NCBI GenBank assembly: GCA_973895155.1
Contig: OZ316891.1
Coordinates: 14,043,037 to 14,107,036 of the forward strand
Source of the DNA: Marsupella aquatica
Lineage: Eukaryota; Plantae; Marchantiophyta
Length of the DNA stretch: 64,000 bases
Reading direction: 5' to 3'
A model generated the notes under the pieces. It was not told the origin of the DNA. It did not search any database and saw only the letters and a list, made by a program, of their open reading frames with translations. A program made the position numbers and the translations under genes. Shown piece by piece: positions 19,160 to 31,280 of this stretch. Numbering within the stretch: the first letter of the stretch is position 1; each line of letters starts with the position of its first letter.

Positions 19160-19551
19160 ATAATCACTCCTACCAGTTTGGGAGACATTGCAGCCAATCC
19201 TTTCCATGCCTTGTTCTACTTCACTTTGTGTTGACAGCATGCGTCCTTTTCTCAAAGACGTGGATTGAAGTGTCTGGGTCTTCACCTAAGGATGTCGCAA
19301 AGCAACTGAAGGAAAAACAAATGGTGATGCTAGGTCATCGTGAATCAAACTTGCAGAAGGAGCTAAATCGATACATTCCAACAGCGGCTGGATTTGGTGG
19401 AATGTGTATTGGGGCATTGATTGTCGTAGCTGATTTCATGGGTGCTATTGGGTCAGGAACAGGAATTTTCCTTGTCGTCACCATCATCTACGAATACTTC
19501 GAAGCATTTGACAAGGAGCGAGCTAGTGAACTCGGGTTCTTTGGCTTTTGA
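19160..19551 (+). pseudogene. SEC61A: Sec61 alpha subunit C-terminal fragment (probable truncated retrocopy) nested in the PTR pseudogene
   Basis: [19 protein letters not shown], a frameshift near 19222, then [88 protein letters not shown]. No N-terminal exons found nearby. Confidence 0.88.
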
Positions 19552-20331
19552 AACATTCAAAAGGTATAGCTGCAAGGGATATTATAGTACTAAGTCACAC
19601 ATTTCGAGCCTCAAGTAGCGAGGGGGAAGTTTAGGTAGGTTTGCGAATTAGACTGGGCTCAGGGCCAGAGCTTGCTAGAATGTTTTCCCGCAGCTTGCAG
19701 TAGGCGTTCTCATTTTCTCATGTACAAGCCACTCTACTCTGCTGTAGGTCGTCCCCATCAGAATCACGCAAAGACGGTCGGGCGCATTAAAGGTCCTCCT
19801 GGATGTGTGACCCTTCTGTGGCATGGGTAAGAATTGTACATGTCTGTCCGTCCAACATCGCTGTAAGATCCGTGAAACACTCCTGTCTATCATCCATGGG
19901 AATTTACCCTTGATATGTTTTTGATATTGGTTTCAGAAGTACATTTTAGTCTGCCGGCCTATAGACGAGTATTTTTGCTGCTACAGGCGCTTCAGGCCAT
20001 TTGAACGGCACTCAAGCTACTGCAATCATCTGTAACGAAGCTGGCTTTGCCTACAGACATTTAGCTGCAGTCGAGTGCAGTTACAGAGTATTATCATGAA
20101 TCGGAGAACATGGGTATGCTCGAGGGCTATTGCAGCGAGCTGACAAGAACATCAAGACGTTGGTATTCAGGAAGCGAGGGGTTATTGTGTTCATAAGTCA
20201 CTACATTTGCGAGGTGTGCAAATCTCGGACTCCGATTTATTTTTTTCTAGTTGGAAGTGGCCATCCGATTCGTGATATGCCATATATCCCTTTTTGACGA
20301 AATTTAATAATCCATTGCGGAAGATGTTGAT

Positions 20332-20374
20332 ACCTGAGGCAATAAATGCAGGGGTGGCATTTATTGCCTCAGGT
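20332..20374. repeat. Perfect 18-bp inverted repeat with a 7-nt loop inside a PTR pseudo-exon
   Basis: acctgaggcaataaatgc-aggggtg-gcatttattgcctcaggt. Confidence 0.9.
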
Positions 20375-23300
20375 GTTACAGTTTGCCCGTGGGCAGCAAT
20401 CTGAAAAGTACTTGAGCTGCTCAAAATAGCAAGGCTATCTGTAATTTGGCAGGTGCCACAGTATATTTTCATGACTCTTGAAGAGGTACTGATCAATTAC
20501 ATGGGCCTAGAATTCGCCTACTCGCAGGCGCACCATCATCTATGCAGTCGTTGTTTCAGGCTTCATGGAAACTATTTCAAGCCATTGGTAAGTCTATTTG
20601 AGCTCTTCTTTTCGGCTTTCTTATTTTCGCTCCCAATGCAACGATTTATTGGATCAGCTTCCAAGGATCTCTTGAATCCTGGAATATTTGTACTTTTTTT
20701 CTTCTACCCTTTAAAGAAACCCAGACTGTATTGTATGCTGGACTTAAGGATTTCAACGATTCATCCCACTTCTCTAGATGATGCCAGCAGAGGAGGAGAA
20801 TAATTTCTATTTCGGAAAAACCAAACTAGAAGATCAGCCTTTCTATGTTATCTAGTAACAATTTTGAAACTATAAGGCCCCTTAGTGAGATATGGAAAAT
20901 GGTTTGTTCCCAGATCAAGGACCTCTCTCTGTCTTTGAAATCTCAAATTGACGAGGAAACTACAATAGTGGCCGTTGAGTTGCTCATGACTTTACCCTGC
21001 CTGATGTAGAATCTCTGTTTATGTCATACTCAAGATCTTGTCTAGATTGAAGACAGCTCGTGGTGTCAGTAATATGCCGACTGCTGTTATCATTGTCCAG
21101 ATCGGAGAAAGACTCTCAAAATCCAAAGAGTATTTCCTCTTTGCTACAGAGTAATATTTAGATTAGCCATGGCTATGACGACGGTCAACGTATTATAACA
21201 ACTCATCCCGATGCCATTTTTGCAGAACCACTTGAGTGAATGAGTCTAGGGTACTGTTGTGAGGAAAACCTCGACATTTCTGGATCAAAATGGCCTCTAG
21301 CATTAAATGAACTTTCATAATTTTTACTAATAGGACCCCGAAACTTAGATTTCAACTTGCCAGAAAATGTAATGTAAATCATATTTCTAGAGCAATTTTT
21401 ACTAAATTCCTACGAGGATAATAATATCAGGGAACTGAATGTTGCGTAATTAGCATCATCCCTTAGTCCAGCGCAGAGGACGATGAAGTGAATCTTTTGG
21501 GAGCCACATTCTTTCATGTAGCACTCAACTCTAAAAGTCAAGCATTGACATATGATTGATTTCAAAGCACAATTTTCTGTATGACCACCAAATCTCACAA
21601 CCAAGATAGCGGACGACTGGGCAGCTTTAAGGACTGAGCTAGTCTTGTAATCTTGGGTGCAAATACTCCTTTGGTAGAAAGGTTTCGAGAATTATTGATG
21701 CGGTGGCTATCACGGTCATTGCACTCACCTACATGCCCATGTAACAAATGGAATGTGTTCATCCGATAAACTCTGTAACATTATTCAATACTCAATGTCA
21801 TGCCGAAGCTTTAGATGACTGGGTAGTATTATTCAATTCTCTCATGTCATCCCGTAGCTTGGATGACACGCAGAATGCTGAACTAGACGTGATCATTTCC
21901 GATCCTGTCCCCAGATGATATCAGCCGTCCAAGGTACTGTAGCTTAATGTCAATTCGACGGAAATCTAAATGTCAAGCTCTTGCGTTATATCCGACTAAG
22001 AACTATATTATGTGGTCTTCGGGCCCAAGTTCTACTTGACTTGGCATTTCAATCCAAGATAATGACCAACAGCACAAAATAGTAAAAGCCTTTTCTTTCA
22101 GCCGGTGTTTGTCCAGCGGTCTTTCTCAGTCTTACGCAAAACTGATGGGACTGTGGGAGCTTTATTTCAGCCTGGGATCTGCGGCACCCATAGCGCGATA
22201 TAATGTCGTGGAGAGCAGAATTAAACAGTCTCAATTCAACCACCAGGAGTCCTCGTAATACCAGAACTCACCATAATTAGCATAAGTGGTGGAAACTGCA
22301 TCCTAGAGGAGGGGGCACTGATTGGAATGTGAAAAGAGGGGCTAGTGCCAGTGGTGGTTGAGGTAGGGTCCACTTGTAGGAGAGGAACTTAATCTCAATT
22401 GAAATTCTTGACAATCAAATCTTCAGATCCTACTTTCTTGACAGTTGAACCTTTGTCCAAACTCCGTCCTTCAACAGTTGACAACATTTTGGTGATAGTC
22501 TCCCAGTTCCGCTTTGACAGGACTGTTCTGTGGGAAATCAAAATCAAACATATAGGTTCAGAGAATTGAAGGACATATCAAAACTTTTGGTTCCCCTATC
22601 TTTACTTGCCATCAATCGTTTCTATCGAACTGCATGTTATTTTAAACTTCTTCATCTGAGAAACCAATGTGACAAACGTGCGTGTTGGTGGGTCTCCTGG
22701 ATATTGTTTTCCCATGTGGGCTACCCTATATGCATGCCAGGCTGCAATGTGGGTGCAACCTTGTGTTCTCATTAGGCTTCCGACGGTAAAAGAATCCCAT
22801 TGCAACCTCTTTGGCGATGTTATCTTCACAACGATTCTTGTTATCGTGGCCCCAGTCGACCTTCTTCAGCTCAGAAACTGCAGATGTCATCGCATATCTC
22901 AGAAGCTGCAGATGTCTACTCTTTTAGCGCTGCCTTTCCGACGGGACCCTTCAGGTCTCTGCAGGACAAAGACGTCGATGCTGCAGTTTAACATCTAGAA
23001 TGGCATATAATACTTATCATACTTACTATCTGAATCACTTCATGATGCTGCAGGTGTACATGCACGAGTGACAATCTTCGTCTACACTCCTTGGACACAG
23101 ATTGACAAAGATCTTTATCTGCATTCTGGAATTAAATATTATCAACGATAGAAAACATGTTCGAGAATTTCTAACATATCACCGGCAGATAGGAGTCGAA
23201 TGAGCATACAGTTGGGCTTTGATATGAGGTATGATGCTTTTTGTGAGTTGTACTAAGAAGAATAAGCATGACGATGCAAACCACCACATGAGTGCAGAAC

Positions 23301-24610
23301 ATCAGAAACAGCCTGTTCTTCAGAGCGGAAGTGTTCCAACGGCTCCACAGTAGCAAGCGATTATAGGTAGCACACATTATAGATGTACAAGAAGCAGCTT
23401 CTGCCGATCACCTTACGAAAGATAAAGTATTTCTTGCAATTCATCTTATGGAACAACAACACAAGAAGCACTTTCTCGCAATTCATCTCATGGACCTACA
23501 AACACAGAAGCACAGTTCTGGACTACACGTTACGAACAAGAAGGCACTGTTAAAGGAAATAGGTAGTGCATAGGAAATGGGCTCTACGTCATGCCAACAA
23601 TTCCATCCAAGCAGGCTAGTCCCTTGTCGAATCGCATTGTCTGTGAGAGATTTGTACGCCGACTCTATTCTGGCCAAATTAAGCTTTATGTTATGGAAGG
23701 ACAATCAGCAGCTCTTACTGAAGAATTGCGAAGCTTCTAGTCGAATTTTTGTTAATTAGTCTCATGGAAAAACAAAGAGTAGATGCGATTGTATCCTCAG
23801 AACTGTTGAAGAAACCACGTATTGCAGTGGGAAGGGCTCTAAGTAATGCAATAAATTCGATCCAAGAAGCCCAGTAGCCTCGTTGACGAATGACGTTGTC
23901 TTGAAGCTCTCCATAATACGTTGAGCTGACGCAGTCAAATTATGCTTACATTGGAATGCTCATACCATAATAAAATTGTAAGATATAAATAGACAAACCT
24001 GTGGAGGAGCAGGGAGCTTAATTAAAATATCTGGAAGTTGGTCTGAAATTTAACAAACTAGCCTGTCTTTCTCTCCTCTTCGGAGATTGCACATCGTAGG
24101 AGGTTCAAATTGAAGGGATGACAGTGGGGGACAAAATGGATTGAATTGTCGCAAGCTTACCAACAGTACCAATAGGCTAGATTTTGAAGGTTGTTTGTGA
24201 AGCCAACACATATACTTGTAAAGGATGTTGGCAAACAAATGTCCAGTGGACCATAGTAAGCCAACGTTGACAGGAACAGTGAGTTTCCTATCACTAGCCT
24301 CTACAATGACTTACAATTAATCTTTATGGCAAACAATTATGCATCCATAACTCTTTCTGTCACTAACCTTAACTACTAAGCTAAGGTCTATCTAATTTTG
24401 AGGTTTAAGACCCCCTAATAGATATGAGTTGGATTGCTTTTCAGTACATTTAAATGGTCATTGAATGCTTATATAAGCAATGCACTATATGAGTTAGATT
24501 GCATTTCAGTAAATTTGAATGGTCGTTGAATGCTTATAAGCAATGCTTGTGCAAAAATTTCTTCTTGCCCCCACAATCTTTCATTCCAACTCAATAACAA
24601 CAGGAATTGA

Positions 24611-24648
24611 GAGAAGAGAAGAGAAGAGAAGAGAAGAGAAGAGAGAAG
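24611..24648. repeat. (GAGAA)n microsatellite
   Basis: Direct observation. Confidence 0.9.
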
Positions 24649-27584
24649 GAAAGGAGGAAGTCTCATGGTGGAGAATTGCCATTGTGAGCAATTTGATCTA
24701 ATAGAGCTTGAGAGGCATAACAATGGAGTTTAGGATAGTTTAGGATAGTTTATGAGAGTTTAGGATGAGTTGCACATACACCAAAAACTTGCTCAGATAA
24801 CTTTTCAGCCAGTTTTGAATCCATCTATGACACATTTTTAATCCTGGTTTTCTTCCTCAATTTTATCAGAGTTATCTTGAAACTCTTGTGATTCATCCAA
24901 AAGCTATCTACTTTATGGATATTTCTCCCTTATTTGTAGTAGAGTAGTCCTCAATGGGTCATAAAATGCCTGGTAACATAGCATCCACACACTTGAATTC
25001 ATCAAGGATTTTCCACTCTTACTATTTTTTATTTTAGTCTTTCTCCTTTCTTCATACATTAAGACTGGACTGTTAGATATTTACTCTTACGCCTCGGGTT
25101 ATAGCATGTAACCTTAGTTAGATTAACCATAGTCAGAGACATGGTTAGGTTAACTAAGTTGCACACTATATCCCAAGCCATGCTTGCTAGGATAAGTTGT
25201 TTGCTAGGATATATAATTGTTACGGAGTCACTTGAGAGATAAAGAGAATTTACACTGTGGAGACTTGATATGGCCAATGGATTCAGTAAAGTTCTCTTGT
25301 GTGTTCTCGTGGATGGAGACTCGAGAAGATGAACCACGTATCTCGTGCATCAATCACTTGTGCATTGAATGTGTCATGTGCTTACAAAACTAATGTGAAT
25401 TTTTAAATTTGACTGGGCACACACTTTACAAGCTTTGTGAAAAACATTAAGGGTGTTTTAGTCCAATTTAAGAATTATATGACTTTTTCATACAAAATTA
25501 GTGGTAAAATAAAATAAAAATCTTTACCTTATCACATTTTAGTGCGCATGATATGATACCTCCATTCTAGTGAGAGTATAGAGCCCAAATAACTATGAAA
25601 CTCTTTAGATTTTTTTTAATTGCTACTGCTTGCTATTAGAGCTCAACTTTCAATTTATATTATCTTAAATATTATTTCAAGTCAGTGTTATATTCAAGTA
25701 TCAAAAACTTAATACCAAACCCTGATTTGGTGCCAAAAGTGGAAGTGGTTTAACCAAGATAAAGAGTGCCATAGTGACACGGCAGTAAATATTTTAAAAC
25801 TATGTATTTAATATTAGAATAAAATCTCCCTTAAAGATGATAATAAATTAAAACAACCTTATGTAAAAGTGGGGCACGCCATCCTAGGCTGTCATGGGAT
25901 GGAGAAGAAACTTGTGGCCTACTTCATATAGGAATTTATGAGGATTTTGGTCGATTTCCATGAATGAAGTAATTTTTTAAACTAGTGGAGCAATCTACTA
26001 AAAACATAATGCGTCTTGGATCCCATTTCATTTGCCCAGAACTGAATCCTATGTGTTGTCTCTTGTTGTTTTTAGCTTAAGTGTTTCTTATTGATAGACA
26101 CGAACCTGTCATCCAAAGGAAGAAAGACTGGTACTGCACAAGCTTTTTCGTTCCACTTTATAAGAATCTACAAATAAGAGATTATAGACTGCTTTGTTTC
26201 TATATATAAGTACTTGTTTATATATTCAAGTAACATCTTCTTCAATTGCATTAGTGGCAGCAACAGCCCAGCAACTGATTTTCTGCTACTTTTATTTGTA
26301 GTACTAGAGGGGGCCAGCTAGGCACTGACTATTCTTCATAATGTCAAGGGTGTTGGTTTCAGGGCCTCTAGACAAAATTCTCCTCATGACCCTCTAGACC
26401 TACGCCTCTTACTCTAGACTTTTACTAGCTTTATAATGTTTTTGGCAATAGGATCTTAGTTCGTTCACTGTTGTAGTGTACTCTTGAGCTTTTTGGCCCT
26501 TTAGGAGTCTTGGATGTTTCTTTTATTTGCTCCCTTCTATTGCGTCTCTTGTCTTTGGGATCCTATCTCTCACTTTCACACTTTTTAAATGCCCACAGTT
26601 AGAGACTACTGCAAATTTCTTAAGTCAAAAAGAAATACACATTATCAGTTCATTCTTTCCTGTAGGATTTTAGTTATCAAAAGTGGAAATTGTGCAATGT
26701 CCCTTACTCATGTAACAATTGAAAATACTTGTGCGACAAGTGTGAAGGAAATGTCTGGTTCATATGCACAAATGATACACATTCATTCATGTCAAATTAC
26801 AAAAAAAAACTTGGATAGTACTTGAGACATTAAAATAAGGTAATAAATCATTGTTAGCCATTGACACTTATTTATCAATGTGAGTATCATGTGACGTGAG
26901 TTGGTGCAAATTGAACTCACTCATGTAATGCGTGTGAGAATGATGTTATGTGAGAAATGGTAACACACCTGAGAATTGTAACTCATGAAATCTACGCTAC
27001 TTCTCAGTTGCAAACTGGTCGAGATAAAGTATATATAAGTCTGTAATTAGTTATGGGTTGACTAAGTTGAACCAAAATTCCTGAATCCCTGCAATTTTAA
27101 TTTTCTCACTACTCAACAAGATGGCCTGAAATTTTGCTAGGAGATAGAGGAAAGCTAGGGGAATCGTAATTAAAGTTTGAGCCCAAATTGAGTCAATTGT
27201 GAGTTAAACCAACATTAGTTCAGCCGATTCACCTTAAACCATTTTAATTAAGTTGAATAAATTGAAATTGAGAACTAAAATTATATTCAATTCTTGCAAT
27301 TTCATTTTCTCCTTACTGACTCAACTGAGCTAAACCGAGGGGTTTAGGGTAAATGTTTTAGCTCCAATGGAGTTCTCAATTGTGAATTAAAAATAATAAA
27401 ACTATATGTCAACTTTATATTACTTAGCCAACTAGATATACCCTAACTACCTACACTGACTAAGTCAAAGCTGAGTTCATAATTTAGGGCATATTTGGGC
27501 ATTTTAATTATTTGTCCATTCAGAGTTGGGCTTATTGAAATGTCAATCAAATCTTATTAAACTAGGGTCAAACACTATAACTAC

Positions 27585-28355
27585 CTTTGCAAATATGTGC
27601 ACCAGAATGCCTTGAGTTGTACCATACCTTATCAATTTTCAAGTTACAATTGGAGTCGAACAGGATATTGACCCTCAGGATACTGACCCTTGCCAATGTG
27701 TGCACCAGAATGCTTTACCTTGTAATCTTATCAGATTTAAAATTACACTTGGGATCAAACAAGTCACAACATTTAAGGTGGTACTACAGTGTATTGTACT
27801 ATCTAGGTTTAATAGAGGTTTTGTGTGTGTGCTATATGAGAAACTAGGGTTAGTTTGTCTTTTTGAGGCACAGTTATCCCTTTGTGGTAGTTAGAAGGCC
27901 TCATCTTGTGATGTTGAGCCTTTGAGCGTGATCTCTGGCAGCTATGGCGTGACCAACCAGGTTGTGTGCATGTAATGCAGATTTCTTGAAGTGCATTAGG
28001 CTTGATTTTTGTGTGTGATCGCATTGAATATGATTGATTATGTGTTATTTGCATCAATCGAAGTTTGATTCTTTGAAAATTATTGTGAGTTTTGGACATA
28101 TGTAGACATGATTTACAATCGTATTCCGTTCTTGGAATACAATTGTTGTGATGTTGGATGTGCCTATGTATGGACGTGTGTGACAAGCCACATATGTTGT
28201 GTAGCAATGTGTATGCACACAACCAACAACATAACAAGCCTTCCGGATATGTGCACCATAATACCTTAACTTGTAACCCTATCAAATTTCAAGTTAAAAT
28301 TGTTGTTCAAAACACACAAACCCTTACCAATGTGTGCACCAAGGTGCCTTGAACC
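27585..28355. repeat. Four dispersed copies of a ~65-100 bp motif, probably transposon subterminal repeats
   Basis: ..tgtgcaccagaatgc..cttatca..ttt.aa.tta.. at ~27590, ~27695, ~28248 and ~28328. Confidence 0.6.
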
Positions 28356-29266
28356 TTCTTGATTTTTAACTTAATGTCTTGGTTTGTTAAGGGTTTTATT
28401 ATTATTAATAATCTTCCTTTTGTTAGTTTGGGGGAAGACGGTAGGAGAATGATGTCAATTCTCACTTCCCACTGCCATTACCAGCATTGACAAAGAAATT
28501 CGAAATGAACCGCCTATGATAAACTCACATTGTAATTGGTGCCTCACTTTGAGCCATCATTTTTCTTGTCACATTGGGTTGTTGTTGTAGATGAGCTTTG
28601 ACATAATTCATTCAAAATTAAATGTTGTGCACATAAATTTATAGTAACAATATACGACACTCCTTTGATTGCAATTTGGCACTATGATCGAGCCCATTTA
28701 TAAAACTCTTTTGAATGCACTTTGGCAATGTAATCAGGAAAGGATTGAGTTGGACCCACATTCTGGTTGCTAATATATAACTTTTGTAAAGCTTCACGAA
28801 AAGTAGAAAGAAGATCTACGGTAGACAAATATTAATTCCGCCACAACGGAAAAGCTAAAACAGGTTCTCTGATGGTGGTATTCCATGCTTTTCACAAAAG
28901 GGAAACGGATGGCCACTTCCCTCGTGTTGACACTGGCAGCTTCTCGTTGACCTACAGCCTAACACTGGGAACAGAAAACTCTCTTAAATTGGGTGTCAGC
29001 CGGTTTAGACCTCCAAAGTCCAAAGTACAGAATCCCCACCCAAAGTTTGCGGCTAATGTTTGCGTTCAAAAACTAATTCTCATGGGAATATACTTGAACC
29101 TATGAGCAGGAGATCAAATTAGTTTCGAAAGGGCTCATAAAGTGCTTGTCAGCTGACATGTCGTTAGATTGAGCTCAACTTTAAGTGGTGTTTGTTTCTG
29201 ATCATGTAGACAAGCTTACTTCCCAATCATCATGAAGAAAAGCAGCTCCCACATCTGTTGGTAGTT

Positions 29267-29413
29267 GGCGCTCGTGGGTTCGAATTGTTTAGTATATCTG
29301 CTCTGGAGAAAGAAGATTCTTTAAAGGTTACTCTGAGTAGGCGCTCGTGGGTTCGAAGTTTTTAGTATAATTGTCTACTCTGGAGGAAGAAGATTCTTTA
29401 TAGGTTACTCTGA
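29267..29413. repeat. ~73-bp tandem duplication
   Basis: ggcgctcgtgggttcgaa...aagaagattcttta.aggttactctga x2. Confidence 0.8.
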
Positions 29414-29949
29414 ACCCTTCTGAGTCTCTGACCGAACGCTGCCAGCCATGACTTCCTAAGTACGTTGTGATAATCCGAAGGGATGAAGTTTAATAAATTG
29501 TGTCTGTATCGAGTTGATGATGGGGGCAGTGACATAGGGTTCACACGGGTAGTCAGACTGCTGATACGTATTTAGAGGGCTATGCAATCGTGATGCTGGC
29601 TAACTTTTCCAGGGTCTAACATCATTCTATTCTGCCAAGCTTTTCCAAGGAATGTCTCGAGGAGAATTAGTCGTCTCTATTAGAGCGCGCCTCCACCATA
29701 CCCAGCTCAACAGGCACGCAACCCCACGAAGCACTTGTTTAAACAGAAAATGTGAGCATTCGTGTAAACGAAAGGTGCCATCTCTGACTACTGCAGGAAT
29801 TTCACAGGACAGACTGAGTGCTTTCCGAGACATAGATGGGCACAAATCAGTAGAGAGGTTTGGAAGGATCAGATTGCCTGGACAGGGAGACAAGCCTAGC
29901 TTCTTCTTTTTGCCTTGAACAGAAAACTAGCCGTCCATCCCTATATATT

Positions 29950-31280
29950 GATCACTGCCAAAAAGACAGGAACGCCAAACTGGGAGACATGCTCCCCCAA
30001 GGTGAAAGAACCCAATAAAAGAGGGGGGGGGGGGCAAAGGGAGGAAAAGACTCCAAGAAGACCAAAGAGGCACAACAAATCAAGGAGTAACCCAGACAAA
30101 CCAAAGGACTAAGAAGCAAACAACAAACAAAAAATTACCCCTATTGGCCGGTAAACTAGAGGTCATGTTCAGAGCATGCAACACTTCAGGTACCATTTAG
30201 AAGAGAAACTAGGACATAACTGGTCACAACTGACCAAAGGGCACTCATTTATTAAGAAGAAATAGTTGGAGAAGAGGAGATCATTTATTCCCATCTGTCT
30301 CCTTCTTGATGGAGATACTCCTTGGTTAGAACAAGTACAAGATGCCAGGGCTAAGCTCATCAGGTGCACAGGGAAAAACATATAATGTCAGCACATGAAG
30401 CAAATATTGGAGCTCCATTAGGGTGCCTCAAAGCTTCATGGTTATAAGTGATGGCTATGGGCCCCACAGAAATGTCTAACTTTTTCACAGGGTTGTCTAA
30501 TTCTTTTTCTCATTAGCCTTTAGAGTGAATTCTGGTCATGGCATATGATTATTCTTTGGGGCAACAAATTATGAAGTATGAACTGGTAGCCCGTAAGTAC
30601 TTATGTCCAGAACCTTAACTACTTACCTGAACCTAGTAGTTAAGGCACATCAACCCTCTATTGACCCTATCACATGCTAGCCGGAACACAACAAAGAAAT
30701 TGTATTCAAACTCAAGGCCCTGCCTTCAAAAACAAGGCCAGGGAGTTCTGTTACATAGGGCCTTCTGTTCAAGAATAAAACACTTTTGGGGCCACACCTT
30801 GTTTCTGTTATTTTCATACAAGGTGCGAGGCTTGTGATGGGGGAAGATGGTAACTAGTACTAGTAGGGGTGTCAATTGTGGGCCGTGAAGGCTTGCAAAC
30901 AGGAGACCCCAAAGTGTTCTAACTACTGTTACAGATCTCCTTTGAGCAAGAAATAAAGCAAGGGGATCAACTTTTGACCCAACCCTAAATTGCACAGTTA
31001 TAGGCTGTTACAACTCTTGCAGGACAGGGCAAGAGTGACCCACAAGGTTTCACTCGCTTCCTGCTTGAAATTATAATGAACATCAATAGTAGGGTGTTGG
31101 GGCCATGTTTGACAACCCCTAGTACACACCTTATTGGTCCCGGGGCTTTGGCTCTAGCTAAAATATACTGTTGAGAATGTCTAAGTTGCTGGCCAACACA
31201 AGACTGGATTAAGAGGCACTGATTCCTGGCCCTTTTCCTCAACTTAGACCTTGAGAAGGCTGTCCCATACACTGGAGCAC
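29950..31280. mobile_element. Degenerate L1-like LINE fragments (3' end on minus ~29950-30450; RT piece on plus ~31100-31280)
   Basis: Plus strand DWIKRH*FLALFLNLDLEKA resembles LINE RT 'DW..LFLKLDFEKAYD'. Minus strand has a GINDLLFSN-like C-terminus and a T-rich 3' UTR. Confidence 0.55.

Larger units (their letters stand above)
16919..21160 (+). pseudogene. POT/PTR-family proton-coupled oligopeptide transporter pseudogene, PepT/SLC15-like
   Basis: Exon-like pieces with splice sites: 16919-17058 (TQAVLW...STEFVHTFLTVVNVGPILGAVLGDGYL), 18122-18269 (LGLVFIALGVGGGKPLVPAFGG), 18341-~18730 (IPPLRTYGSY.., FGRRNYSHRP, WLDGAKLKQDATGVDDVKLLL), ~20280-20400 (IYPFLTKFNNPLRKML..AFIASGV), 20453-20587 (VPQYIFMTLEEVLINYMGLEFAYSQA/PSSMQSLFQASWKL), ~21125 (KEYFLFA). 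Several frameshifts and stops. Confidence 0.82.

Noticed and set aside
19150-19551. Functional Sec61-alpha gene
   Set aside because: Only the C-terminal quarter is present, with a frameshift and substitutions at conserved sites, and no upstream exons.
29267-29360. gtgggttcgaa B-box/T-loop-like motif suggesting a tRNA
   Set aside because: No closing T-stem, acceptor stem or A-box. It is part of a simple tandem duplication.
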